Shown: positions 20,037-30,233, numbered from the stretch's first letter. The stretch: DNA of 64,000 nt from a virus (IMGVR_UViG_3300027754_004232:28194-92193), one strand, 5' to 3'. Numbers and translations: made by a program. The notes: a model not told the origin generated them from the letters alone.

Positions 20037-20701
20037 GTGTAAATTTAGGTTTTGTTAAATCTTCAGATCATCTTAGAAAGTGTTTGTGGTGGATAACTAG
20101 AGATCTTACCAACACAACTTTAAAAGTAATTATAGCTATAGATGATAACGAAAAATCTAATGATATAATTGATGTTTTAACAATATATTCGGCAAGATGT
20201 TCTTGGACTGTTATTAAAACAAAACCAGAACATTTAATGGAAACATATAATTTAAAAACATATCAACAATCAAAAAGTCTAGCTCATAAAGTATGCGATA
20301 GGTTTTGCACAAAAAGAAAAATAGTTGCAAGCCCTCAGATTATTTATGGCAATAATTGCTTCAAAGAATTTGCGGATCAAATAGATAATGACTTTGTAAA
20401 TACAATGAACTGTTATTCAATGCCACCATATGTTCAAGTCGGACTTACGGATGCATCTTCTAATCTTTCAAACTTTTTAATGAAAGAATGCTTTAAATTT
20501 CCAATATATAATTTAGAATATCCACCAAAGATAGCTGACTATACGGTTAAGTCTTTCTATGATACTGAAGAAAACAAAGAAGTTAGGTTTTTAGATTTCA
20601 ATTGCTTTTTTCTAGAATCAAGTGATGCTTGCCCACAAATAGATGTTGAACTTAATGAATCTACGATAGACAAAAATAATGTTATGGAGTGGCTATGTTA
20701 G
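19997..20701 (+). CDS. Hypothetical protein, possibly a degenerate GT-A fold
   Basis: LRKCLWWI...KVIIAIDD resembles a GT2 N-terminus. Lies within the glycan cluster. Confidence 0.35.
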   Translation: MSIGIKENSREVLSVNLGFVKSSDHLRKCLWWITRDLTNTTLKVIIAIDDNEKSNDIIDVLTIYSARCSWTVIKTKPEHLMETYNLKTYQQSKSLAHKVCDRFCTKRKIVASPQIIYGNNCFKEFADQIDNDFVNTMNCYSMPPYVQVGLTDASSNLSNFLMKECFKFPIYNLEYPPKIADYTVKSFYDTEENKEVRFLDFNCFFLESSDACPQIDVELNESTIDKNNVMEWLC

Positions 20702-21435
20702 CATTTAAAATACCAAAACCAATAACTGTAATTGGCGATTATACCAATAAGGCTATTACCTTTGCATCATGTAATTTTTGTACATGCATTAACTTTAATA
20801 CTATAATTGAGCAAGAAGAGCCATGTGATTCAACATTAAAAGTATTAAAGTATTTAAATTTACATAGGACTTTTGAGAAAAATATAATCATAGAAGGTCT
20901 TTATCCTAATGATGACTTTGCTAAAATCCAATCCGCTGTATTTGGTGGATTAAACTATTTAACAGTTTCAGATCATCTTTGGTTTTCAATAAAGCTTGAT
21001 TATGAAAAAGAATTTTTTGATCACATTATGCTTTATGAAATAAACAAAGATTTTTTTGAATACGATAAGTCTATAGCGAAATCATTTCATAAAATAGACA
21101 ATCTTGAAAAGATGGTTGCTGATTTTTATGATGCATATCAAGAAAAAAACTGGGTATTTTTAGGCCAATTAATAAATTCTTACTGGAAAATAAAAAGAGA
21201 TATTGATCCAGCATCTAAAAACGCATACATAGAAAAACTTTATTCTGACTGTAGATTAAATGGTGCAATAGGTGGTAAAATGGATGGTTCTTTAATGTTG
21301 TTATTTGTAAATCCAAAAAATCAAGACTCGATAAGATCAATAATGAAAGATCATGTTCAAATAAATGGTAGCTTAGATTTAACTGGCATAATCCATGAGG
21401 AACTATTCAGTGGAAGTAGCAATTGTTGTAAATAA
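20689..21435 (+). CDS. Degenerate GHMP sugar kinase-like protein (HddA-like C-terminal region)
   Basis: LGQLINSYWKIKR...IEKLY....NGAIGGK...MLLFV resembles heptose-7-phosphate kinase C-termini, but the Gly-rich motifs are missing. Confidence 0.55.
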   Translation: MAMLAFKIPKPITVIGDYTNKAITFASCNFCTCINFNTIIEQEEPCDSTLKVLKYLNLHRTFEKNIIIEGLYPNDDFAKIQSAVFGGLNYLTVSDHLWFSIKLDYEKEFFDHIMLYEINKDFFEYDKSIAKSFHKIDNLEKMVADFYDAYQEKNWVFLGQLINSYWKIKRDIDPASKNAYIEKLYSDCRLNGAIGGKMDGSLMLLFVNPKNQDSIRSIMKDHVQINGSLDLTGIIHEELFSGSSNCCK

Positions 21436-21868
21436 AATAAGGTTTAGCCAACTTTCATATCTTTTGACTAAACAGTCACAAGACAATGACTTAATTGTAT
21501 TTTCTCAAAATGAATATACTATTAATGCAAACAACGGATTTTCAATCTTTATGATGTATGATTTTTGGAATTATAAGGGCAAGAACATTGTTGCTACAGA
21601 TATAGAATCATGCAAACTTATCTTAAAAAATCCATCCGTAAAAAGTTTTTATTTTTATGTTTGGGATTTAGAATGGATGAGATTAAAATCTTTTGATTAT
21701 GAAGACATTCAGCAAATATATGGTAATAGCAAAATTAAATTGATTGCTAGAAGTGATAGACATGCATTAGCTATTGAACAGGCGTGGAATAAAAAATGTT
21801 TGGTGGTTGAAGACTTTAAATTAAGCGAAATATTTAGGAGCGATAAAAATGAACCAGTTAACGCATGA
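21395..21868 (+). CDS. Hypothetical protein, possible glycosyltransferase fragment
   Basis: IVATD...FYFYVWDLEW...LIARS resembles the N-terminal lobe of GT-B proteins. Confidence 0.45.
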   Translation: MRNYSVEVAIVVNKIRFSQLSYLLTKQSQDNDLIVFSQNEYTINANNGFSIFMMYDFWNYKGKNIVATDIESCKLILKNPSVKSFYFYVWDLEWMRLKSFDYEDIQQIYGNSKIKLIARSDRHALAIEQAWNKKCLVVEDFKLSEIFRSDKNEPVNA

Positions 21869-22613
21869 ATACCTAATAGAACATTATGTACAGCAAGTTA
21901 AATCTACATATCAAATAGCAGAAGAATTTGGTACATATCCTAATAAGGTTAGAAGGGCTTTAGTTGAGTTTGGCATACCACTCAGGGATAAATCTCAAGC
22001 ACAAGAAAAAGCCATAGAAACTGGTAGGTGTAAACACCCCACAAAAGGCAAGAAGACATCAGAAGCAACAAAGAACAAGATAAGTGACTCTATTGCCAAT
22101 GTATGGCAGGAAATGGGTGAGGATGAAAAGAAGAGAAGGGCCGAAATGTCTAGACAGCAGTGGGAAGCTAAGTCTGTGCAAAAAGTAGAGGAAATGCAAA
22201 AGGCAGCAGCAATATCAGTTAGGGCAGCAGCAGTATATGGATCTAAGCTAGAAAAGTTCTTAATTACTGGATTGAAAAAAGAAGGCTTTAAAGCAGACTT
22301 CCACAAAGAATTTTGGGCTATTGACAGAAAACAACACATAGATATATTTATATCTGATCTTAATTTGGCAATAGAAATAGATGGGCCAAGTCATTTTAGG
22401 TCTATTTGGGGTGAAGATATACATAAAAAACAAGTGGCTAGTGATAGTAAAAAGACTGGATTTATAATAAATGCTGGAATGAAAATGATTCGTGTAAAAA
22501 ACATAGATGGAAATAGTTCTGGATTTTATATGAGAACGATCTTGAAAAAACTTTTGCATACAATAGACTTAGTTAAGAATGGTACGAAGGAATGTTTTTT
22601 TGAACTGGAGTAA
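21849..22613 (+). CDS. HTH + NUMOD3 + Vsr/EDxHD-type endonuclease (homing endonuclease-like)
   Basis: STYQIAEEFG..VRRAL HTH, KGKKTSEATKNKIS NUMOD3, IDIFI...IEIDGPSH catalytic motif. Confidence 0.7.
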   Translation: MNQLTHEYLIEHYVQQVKSTYQIAEEFGTYPNKVRRALVEFGIPLRDKSQAQEKAIETGRCKHPTKGKKTSEATKNKISDSIANVWQEMGEDEKKRRAEMSRQQWEAKSVQKVEEMQKAAAISVRAAAVYGSKLEKFLITGLKKEGFKADFHKEFWAIDRKQHIDIFISDLNLAIEIDGPSHFRSIWGEDIHKKQVASDSKKTGFIINAGMKMIRVKNIDGNSSGFYMRTILKKLLHTIDLVKNGTKECFFELE

Positions 22614-22616
22614 TTA

Positions 22617-23282
22617 ATGTTAGATGAACAAGAGAATGAAATTCCTCTTAGGACTAGTAGAGACTGGAATGAGTATGTACTATCCCATTTTGGTCCAGAT
22701 GAATTAGCCGATGGAAATCCAACAGTAGATGGTTTAAGAAGAGTTACAGAACTTCTTCTTGGGCCAATTATCGATGGGAATGCCAAAGTTGTACAATCAC
22801 CAACACCTCAGAATGACAACAGATGTGTTGTTGAATATGAAGTTACAGTTCGTATTGGAGAGGAAGTGGTATCGCAACAAAGCGTAGCTGATTGCTATCC
22901 TGGCAATTGTGACCACCGATTTGCCGTCTATTCTTCTGCAATAGCTGAAACTAGGGCTGAAGGTCGAGCATTGAGGAAATTGCTCAAATTACGCAAAGTA
23001 ATCGCTGCTGAAGAAGCAGGGCTAGTTCCTCTTGAAGAAACTGGGGTTAATGGTAAGATAACTCCTACGCAGATGAATTTCATAGAAACTCTCTGCCAAA
23101 GAAATGATATCAATGTACCAGCTTATTTGGGTGCAGCAAAGGATTTTAACTTTAATGGAAAGCTTGAAGAAATTCCATATAAGTCAGCAGTTGCTGTAAT
23201 ATCACATTTGTCTGAAATGCAAAGAAATCAAGCGTCTATTAATGTTAAGTTCAAAGGCTATAACTCTAACTGGAGGAAGTAA
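22617..23282 (+). CDS. Rad52/Sak-like single-strand annealing protein
   Basis: GLRRV..., AIAETRAEGRALRKLL motif, C-terminal ITPTQ..FI helical domain. Confidence 0.55.
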   Translation: MLDEQENEIPLRTSRDWNEYVLSHFGPDELADGNPTVDGLRRVTELLLGPIIDGNAKVVQSPTPQNDNRCVVEYEVTVRIGEEVVSQQSVADCYPGNCDHRFAVYSSAIAETRAEGRALRKLLKLRKVIAAEEAGLVPLEETGVNGKITPTQMNFIETLCQRNDINVPAYLGAAKDFNFNGKLEEIPYKSAVAVISHLSEMQRNQASINVKFKGYNSNWRK

Positions 23283-23284
23283 TT

Positions 23285-23653
23285 ATGAAGGCTATTATCC
23301 CAACAAAGTTTTGCACAATTGAAATAGATTGTGATTCGGTAAAAGATGTGTTTAGAGAAGTAGGAGGCATCTCTGAAATCTTTAATGAAGAAAAATGTGG
23401 GTTGTGTGGCAATACCGCAATTATGCCAAAAACACGATCCGTAGAAAAGAACAAGAAAGTCTACGAATATTTTGAGATGAGTTGCACTAACTCAAAATGT
23501 AGGGCAAGGTTGTCTTATGGGCAGCGACAAGATGGCGGTGGGATTTTCCCAGTACGCAAGCTTGATACTAATGGCAAGCCTGATCGTGAAACTGGTTCTT
23601 ATGGACCACATAATGGTTGGAGCAAATACCGAGGTGAAAACAAAGATGAGTGA
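23285..23653 (+). CDS. Zn-ribbon hypothetical protein
   Basis: CGLC...C....C motif. GGAGG Shine-Dalgarno upstream. Confidence 0.65.
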   Translation: MKAIIPTKFCTIEIDCDSVKDVFREVGGISEIFNEEKCGLCGNTAIMPKTRSVEKNKKVYEYFEMSCTNSKCRARLSYGQRQDGGGIFPVRKLDTNGKPDRETGSYGPHNGWSKYRGENKDE

Positions 23654-23804
23654 TGTTGGCATTGATGTTAGCTCTTTCAAGACTGAAGAGCTTAAAAAAG
23701 AACTCCTTTGGCTAGACGGATATGATACCGAATGGTCAAAGGAGATTTCTAAATTGATTAAAGAAGAACTTAAGCTTAGAGATATTCAAGTTCAATCCAC
23801 ATAG
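23646..23804 (+). CDS. Small hypothetical protein (52 aa), last gene of the plus-strand block
   Basis: ATG at 23646 with GAGGTG upstream. The 3' end overlaps the convergent gene. Confidence 0.5.
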   Translation: MSDVGIDVSSFKTEELKKELLWLDGYDTEWSKEISKLIKEELKLRDIQVQST

Positions 23805-24390
23805 CATATTGAGTTTTTGAACCAATTGAGTCTGGAGATGCAGACAGGGCAAGATACCAATCGTGCCTATTTGATGTTGTTCCACTTCCACTTGGACTTA
23901 AACCTGACATTCCAGGCGAACTAGCTAATGAAACAATTGATCCAGATCCTGCTGGCGTTTGCCAAGAAGAAGATCCAGAACCATCTAAAGCATTAGTTAA
24001 AGTTGGATGAATAATCTCTGCAACTTTAGTAGTAACACCACTAGCAGCATTATTAATGTTTGATCTATCATAGATCCTTAACTTTACATTTTGTGTTGCT
24101 ACCGCTGTGGCATGGGTAAAACGCACATTTAAACTAGCTTGGGCATTGGTTATTGTTTGAAGGTTTAGACCGCTTGGAGATCCAATTCCATTAACTATTC
24201 CAGAGTTTGGATGAGAGTACTTTACATTGTTTATTGCAGCACCAGCAATAGTGCCATTACTATTAGTTATATAGCTAGAGTCTTGATAGTTTCCTACGGA
24301 AACAGACGATCCAAATCCAGAGCTTCCAAAGAAGCCCACGCCACTTGAACCTATGTCGTTTCCTGCCGAAAAAAAAGCAAATGTAGCCAT
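23776..24390 (-). CDS. Putative virion structural protein (Gly/Ser-rich, beta-rich)
   Basis: 204-aa ORF with AGGAG Shine-Dalgarno, preceded by the GGTGTAATA motif, at the end of the structural block. Confidence 0.55.
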   Translation of the reverse strand: MATFAFFSAGNDIGSSGVGFFGSSGFGSSVSVGNYQDSSYITNSNGTIAGAAINNVKYSHPNSGIVNGIGSPSGLNLQTITNAQASLNVRFTHATAVATQNVKLRIYDRSNINNAASGVTTKVAEIIHPTLTNALDGSGSSSWQTPAGSGSIVSLASSPGMSGLSPSGSGTTSNRHDWYLALSASPDSIGSKTQYAMWIELEYL

Positions 24391-24415
24391 GATTTTTCTC
24401 CTATTGTATATAGTA

Positions 24416-24424
24416 TATTACACC
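24416..24424 (-). promoter_or_regulatory. Candidate late-promoter motif GGTGTAATA
   Basis: One-mismatch copy of the motif found in three other minus-strand intergenic gaps. Confidence 0.45.
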
Positions 24425-24457
24425 GCACAATCAAAATATTACGCACAAGCGTTGATA

Positions 24458-25858
24458 TTATGGTGAACTCGTAAAGGTCGGTGTTCCTGTCGTAGTAGTT
24501 GGTGTTGATGTTGTAGTGGTCGGTGTTCCTGTCGTTGTGGTTGGTGTTCCTGTCGTACTTGTCGAGGTTGAGGTTGAAGTTATAGTATTACAGTATTCAT
24601 CCACATTCATTTGAATATTATTAATATTTCTTATAGTTATACAATCTGATTCGCCAGTTATTGAAGCAAAAAATTCTACTATGTTGTTTATGTAGTTACC
24701 TAAATCAAAACATTGAGTAATGCAGCCATAACATTCAATTAGAAGTAATGCTGTTGCATAAGATTCTCCAACAGGACATATAGTTGTTGATGTGCTAGTA
24801 CTTGTAGATGTTGAGGTTGAGGTACTAGTACTTGTAGAGGTTGTTACAAAATTACAATTTGCATCTATATTATTTATTAAATTTCTTGAATCTCTATCTA
24901 TTATGCATGAACTATTGTCATTATAAAATACTCCAGCATAATATCCAAGTTGATTAACTATAGACATTTCCCAACAATCAGGATTGCATGTATAACAAAT
25001 TCTTGGCGGGGAAGGATAAAAAATCTGAAATAGTGGGCTACCATAAACTTCCCCAGTAGGACATATGGTTGTACTTGTTGATGTACTGGTAGAGGTACTG
25101 GTAGAGGTAGCAGTTGCACAATCAATATTTCCAGTATTTAATTCTTCAGCATTCATTAAACATTCTTCGGGGCTATACGGACCCCCAAGATTATCAGTTG
25201 GATCATAATCACAATAATAACATAAATCTACAGTCTCTTGATGAATGTATTGTGGTTCTGGAGTAGTCGAAGTAGATGTACTAGTACTCGTAGAGGTAGT
25301 CGAAGTAGTTGGCGGTGGTGTTGTACAACTACATTGATAAGTTGTAAATAAAAAGTCTTGTGGAGTTATACAAGGACCACCAGCATTGGGCCAGCCAGCC
25401 CTATCACTTGCCAAACATGGAGAAGTACAAGAAAAGCTAAGATATTGCTGAATTCCATTTTGACAAATTAAATTTGTTGCAATTACTCCAGCACATGGGC
25501 AATAAGTAGTACTTGTAGAGGTTCCTGTGGTACTAGTCGATGTACTCGTAGAAGTGGTACTCGTAGATGTAGTTGTTCCATCGCATTCTGCTCTAGAACT
25601 GCCACATGGCAGACATTCACAATTTGGGCCTGTTGGTGCTAGTCCACTACCGCAACAACAGCAATTAGCCCCACAAGCCGTTCCAGTTTCATCAGGACAA
25701 CAAGGAGGTGAATAGCATGGATTATGGCTAGTACTTGTAGTAGTACAGCAATTACATTCACCAGAGCTAAGTGTAGATATACTATCATTATAAACAACAA
25801 TTTCATTAGGTACTTCTACCCCATATAATCTTAATAGTTCTAAATCTTCATTATTCAT
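24458..25858 (-). CDS. Cys-rich protein with Thr/Ser-rich (TSTST) linkers, putative tail-tip or surface protein
   Basis: Repeated CYxC-containing modules separated by TSTSTSTST runs. C-terminal TTT(G/S)TP repeats. Confidence 0.6.
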   Translation of the reverse strand: MNNEDLELLRLYGVEVPNEIVVYNDSISTLSSGECNCCTTTSTSHNPCYSPPCCPDETGTACGANCCCCGSGLAPTGPNCECLPCGSSRAECDGTTTSTSTTSTSTSTSTTGTSTSTTYCPCAGVIATNLICQNGIQQYLSFSCTSPCLASDRAGWPNAGGPCITPQDFLFTTYQCSCTTPPPTTSTTSTSTSTSTSTTPEPQYIHQETVDLCYYCDYDPTDNLGGPYSPEECLMNAEELNTGNIDCATATSTSTSTSTSTSTTICPTGEVYGSPLFQIFYPSPPRICYTCNPDCWEMSIVNQLGYYAGVFYNDNSSCIIDRDSRNLINNIDANCNFVTTSTSTSTSTSTSTSTSTSTTICPVGESYATALLLIECYGCITQCFDLGNYINNIVEFFASITGESDCITIRNINNIQMNVDEYCNTITSTSTSTSTTGTPTTTTGTPTTTTSTPTTTTGTPTFTSSP

Positions 25859-28800
25859 CTGTTTTTATTCCATGTTTTTGCAAAACAGAATAAATATTAG
25901 ATAGCTGTTGTTTTAAAGATTGAATTTCTATTTTCATTAATTGTGTACTAAAGTCAGATAAAAACGGAGATGGCGATGGCGTTGGAGAATCTGTAGATGC
26001 ATATCCACAAGCAAGAACACTTACATAACTTGCTGGTGCTGCACTTATACTACCATCTTCAGCACAGGTTATAGTCCATGAATCAGGAACTTGTACACAA
26101 TAAGGTGGAGGTGTTGTTGGTGCTGGAGTTGTGCAGCTAATTGTATTATGTGTAATTTCTGCTTCTGCACATCTTGCCAAAGAATTATTTCCAACATATG
26201 CCGTTCCACCACAACCTTGATAATATGGAACACATGCTCTACAATCAGGTCCATATGGTGGCATATTTGCTGTATATGTATCTAAACAATATGATTCTGA
26301 ACACATTGGATTATTTGAATTATCAAATTCTACGCCAAGATTACAAGATGCTAAATCATCATATTCAGCACCAAAAATAATTGGTGGTTCAATATAACTA
26401 TAACATTCATAACAACCAACATTGTTTTGTTGTGAGTACCATTTATATGTTGGTGGAGGTGGCGGGGTTGGTGGCGGTGGAGGTGCAGGATTTGGAACAA
26501 CCTTTTTAAGTAATCCATTTCTAAATGTAGCTGTAATAGTAGCACCAGCAACAGATGTCAATGCCGTATGTGTGCCATTAAATCCATTTGTTTCAAGAAA
26601 ATCATGGCATAAAAAGTCTGTACATGTTCCTACATCTCCACTATTATTTTTTGTTATTTTAAAATCAGAGTCACTTTCGTCAGTAATGATATCGCCACAT
26701 TCAGCTTCAGAATATCTAATTCCACAACCTTGTCCTTCAACATACCAATTTCCGTCATAGACAGAGTATTTTGCAACAACAGGAGATCCTACTGGTATAG
26801 CTTTGCCTATATTTTTTACTTGTATAATTGCTGCATTAGTTGATTCGCCTCCAGAAATTGTTTTTAAAGCAACATTTCCAGTCGGATAATTTTCATTTGC
26901 TTGACCTAAATTATATGATTGAATATTGGATGCTGCTTGCCCAAGAAATATATCGTGAGAAGTCCATACGCCTCTTGCACTATCCCACATTAAATCTACT
27001 GGTCCAGCCAAAGCTGCTGCTGTCATATAAGCATTTTGATTTGGAACAATTTGCTTTGTAAATAAATCTGTTCCCCAACCACTAAGCATTATTGGACCAC
27101 GAAGACCAATTGGTTGTCCACCAAGAACTCCATTTTGTGCTCCTATAGCATCATTCATAGCCCATGATCCACCAGAAGAAACCATGTTTGCTATATATGA
27201 TCCAGATCTAAATGGAGTGTATGTAAACGATGTGGGTACATATTGATCTGATTGTTGAAATGCACCAATAGGTTGCAATGTACTTGAAGATAACATTCCA
27301 TTGTAAAAATTATTAAAAGGAGAAAATAAACCATCTAAAGATACTCCACCTTTATTAAAATATTTTCCGCTTTGAGAATGAATTGCAGCATTTGTTTCTC
27401 TGTTACTTAAAGTCGCTCCAAGTATTTTTGTTGGTCCATATCTACCAGCTATTTGTGCCATAATAATATTTGTATGTGGCGTATTTCTATCATTTCTTCT
27501 TCCCAAATAATCTAAAAAGAATGATGATATTGCAAATCCAGTTTTTCTTCTATTTACAGCTTGAATTTTTTTAAGTGAGTCATTATATAATGCCAAAAGA
27601 TTTTTTCTATCAGAGTAAGCTTTTATTGCTGTTTTTTTAAGTCTTTCAGTTAAATATCTTGATGGCAAACCAAATTTTGGCGTAAATGTTCTAAATGAAT
27701 ACTGTGTAGTTACTCCAGAAGATCCATAGCTACACGATAAAGATGTTAGTATTGGCCCATTAGAAACAATTTCGTCACCCAAATTATGTTCTGGTAATCC
27801 AACTTTAGTTAATGTTCCTGTTTCCATATATGGTATTGGAACAATGTCTTTTAATTTTGCTGATGCAGCAGTATTTAAAATAGATGAAGAATTAAATGTC
27901 CAAGGAACTAAAGAATCATCTTTTTGAACAACTGTTTTTCCACCAATAGTATTACCAAAATACCAAGGTCCATAAAAATCATTTCTAGTGGATTTAAAAT
28001 TTACCAATACTCCACTTGGAGAGATTGGCAAAATTCCAGTTTTTACTGTCATAGACTGACCTAAAACACTATTCTTATCTCTTATCCCAAAAAAACAATT
28101 CGTTAAGTTAAAATATCCAACTTCATTAATAATTGATTCATCAAATATAGATACAGAATTTGTTAGTGTTATCGATAAATGTTCTTGATCATCAATTATT
28201 GCGTATTCTGAATTTAAAGAACACTTTACCCATAAAACATCATCAACTAAAAATGTTTCTTCACTATTTTCAAAAATAAAATTTCCAGAATACTTTTTAA
28301 AGGTCATGTAATTATTTGTTTTACCATTTGCATCTAAAACATATCCGTATATATACTCTTTTGGGATAGATCCAATAAGTGCCTCTAATAATGCTGGTTC
28401 TGTCCATCCTGTGTCTGTAGGAACAATATTGTATATTTTTTTTGGTGTTTCAGTTATTGATGCTGATTTTAATACGACTCCAAACGGACTTCCTGCCCCC
28501 GATACGCCAGGAAATGGAACTGTAGAATTAAAAGAAGAATAAGGCAAAGATAAGCTTGTTATTTCTTTTCCTGACGATGTGTAATATGTAAGATAACTTC
28601 CATTATATACCCATGTAGTTGGTCCAGAAAATAATTGATTGTATTGTGTTTTGCTTAATGTGGTTGTGCTTAAGGATAGATTAGATGATCTTATTGAATT
28701 AGTTGATAATTCAAGCCATTTATATGAAACATTAAGATTTACATCATAGTTTATAGATGCAGAAGGAGTTAGTGCATCTGCATCTGTATAGTATTCTAAT

Positions 28801-30233
28801 TTTTGTTTTGTAGCTAAAAGACCGTCTGTTTTTGATAATGGATCTGATGAATTTATATTGTAGTCGCTAATTAATTCCCCATTATAATTTACTGGCAACA
28901 TAAAAGATTTGCCTAAATATGATTCTAATGATTGTTTTAAATAAGAAAAAACTCTTGTTCCCCTTATTACTCCAGCATCATTTTCTTTCTCCCCATAAAC
29001 TCTTGTGACAGGATATTCATCTGATCCACCAAAATGCATAAAATTTGCAACTTGAGCTATACGAAGTCTAGGTGGTTTTAAAAATATTTGCTGATAGTAA
29101 TCGCTTACCCCTTGATCTTGTCTTATTTCTAAGTACAATTCCCAAAGATCTTGTTGCCCACCCAATATTATTGCTACTTGAGCTATATCCAAAGTAATAA
29201 ATAAACCGCCATCTGAAGAAATTACATCTTCAATTCCTTTTATCGGAAAACAAAAATATCCTGGTTGTGCTGGATGAGATTTTTCTGCAAAATCAATAAA
29301 GGTTAAATTAGCACCAATATAAGGACATGTATATGTTGTATTTGTGACATACTTAGTTGAAACCCAATATGGTTTTCCATCAATATCATAACCTAAAAAT
29401 TGTTTCAATCTTCCGTCTTTAAAGCAATCAAATGCAAAAGTATGGTCTTTTTGCCCACCCCATAACATAAAATTAGAATCTATATTATTTGACGATTCAA
29501 CTCCAGCATCCCAAGATATAACATCTTTATTTTTAGCAAGATCTTTAATTACATTATTAACTTTTTGATTGGCTGCATTGTTTGCCAAACTTGCGGTTTT
29601 TATTTTAAAAACATTTCCATCAAGTTCAATTCTATAGAGTAAACCTAAATCATCGCAAACCTTTGATATTAAATCCATTAGATTTATATTTGGAAGATCA
29701 ACTCTGTAATACTGTGGAAGCTGTGAAGAAAAGTTTAATTCAATTGAATAAGCTTTCCCTGCTGAAAAAATTCCGTATTTTCTAGATAAATAATTTACTG
29801 CTTCCTCAAATTTTTGATATGGCATTCCAGTATCATTAGTTTGACTAACTCCAAAACCTTTAGATTCATGATATCTAAAAACATTAAATAAATTTATTAT
29901 TGGAAAGTCTTCTGCTGCATCTGAAGTTCCATATAAAGATGTAACACACTCAACATTTCTAATTAAATCTTTTCCATCATTAAGTTTTATTTCATAAGTA
30001 AATCCACTGCCATTATGTTTTTCAATTACTCTATCTAAAAAACCAGTAAATTTAAAAGGAGATTTTGGATTTAAAGAAAACTCAATTGGCTCCCCTAATT
30101 GATATGGAGCTATAGTTTCGCCATCTTCTGGAGCAAGATTTATAGTTACAGATGATTCTGAATCATTCCATCCAACGGATGAAGAAAAATCTATAACAGT
30201 TAAATTTAAAATCTTTATTCTATCAAAGCTCAT
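25851..30233 (-). CDS. Large tail-tip / baseplate hub-like protein with Pro/Cys-rich C-terminus
   Basis: ~1460 aa, downstream of the TMP. Beta-rich N-terminus as in hub proteins, then PPPPPTPPPP and Cys modules. Probable ATG at 30233. Confidence 0.6.
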   Translation of the reverse strand: MSFDRIKILNLTVIDFSSSVGWNDSESSVTINLAPEDGETIAPYQLGEPIEFSLNPKSPFKFTGFLDRVIEKHNGSGFTYEIKLNDGKDLIRNVECVTSLYGTSDAAEDFPIINLFNVFRYHESKGFGVSQTNDTGMPYQKFEEAVNYLSRKYGIFSAGKAYSIELNFSSQLPQYYRVDLPNINLMDLISKVCDDLGLLYRIELDGNVFKIKTASLANNAANQKVNNVIKDLAKNKDVISWDAGVESSNNIDSNFMLWGGQKDHTFAFDCFKDGRLKQFLGYDIDGKPYWVSTKYVTNTTYTCPYIGANLTFIDFAEKSHPAQPGYFCFPIKGIEDVISSDGGLFITLDIAQVAIILGGQQDLWELYLEIRQDQGVSDYYQQIFLKPPRLRIAQVANFMHFGGSDEYPVTRVYGEKENDAGVIRGTRVFSYLKQSLESYLGKSFMLPVNYNGELISDYNINSSDPLSKTDGLLATKQKLEYYTDADALTPSASINYDVNLNVSYKWLELSTNSIRSSNLSLSTTTLSKTQYNQLFSGPTTWVYNGSYLTYYTSSGKEITSLSLPYSSFNSTVPFPGVSGAGSPFGVVLKSASITETPKKIYNIVPTDTGWTEPALLEALIGSIPKEYIYGYVLDANGKTNNYMTFKKYSGNFIFENSEETFLVDDVLWVKCSLNSEYAIIDDQEHLSITLTNSVSIFDESIINEVGYFNLTNCFFGIRDKNSVLGQSMTVKTGILPISPSGVLVNFKSTRNDFYGPWYFGNTIGGKTVVQKDDSLVPWTFNSSSILNTAASAKLKDIVPIPYMETGTLTKVGLPEHNLGDEIVSNGPILTSLSCSYGSSGVTTQYSFRTFTPKFGLPSRYLTERLKKTAIKAYSDRKNLLALYNDSLKKIQAVNRRKTGFAISSFFLDYLGRRNDRNTPHTNIIMAQIAGRYGPTKILGATLSNRETNAAIHSQSGKYFNKGGVSLDGLFSPFNNFYNGMLSSSTLQPIGAFQQSDQYVPTSFTYTPFRSGSYIANMVSSGGSWAMNDAIGAQNGVLGGQPIGLRGPIMLSGWGTDLFTKQIVPNQNAYMTAAALAGPVDLMWDSARGVWTSHDIFLGQAASNIQSYNLGQANENYPTGNVALKTISGGESTNAAIIQVKNIGKAIPVGSPVVAKYSVYDGNWYVEGQGCGIRYSEAECGDIITDESDSDFKITKNNSGDVGTCTDFLCHDFLETNGFNGTHTALTSVAGATITATFRNGLLKKVVPNPAPPPPPTPPPPPTYKWYSQQNNVGCYECYSYIEPPIIFGAEYDDLASCNLGVEFDNSNNPMCSESYCLDTYTANMPPYGPDCRACVPYYQGCGGTAYVGNNSLARCAEAEITHNTISCTTPAPTTPPPYCVQVPDSWTITCAEDGSISAAPASYVSVLACGYASTDSPTPSPSPFLSDFSTQLMKIEIQSLKQQLSNIYSVLQKHGIKTDE

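Noticed and set aside
24458-30233. Diversity-generating retroelement acting on the tail-tip genes
   Set aside because: No reverse transcriptase, and no template/variable repeat pair differing at adenines, was seen in this window.
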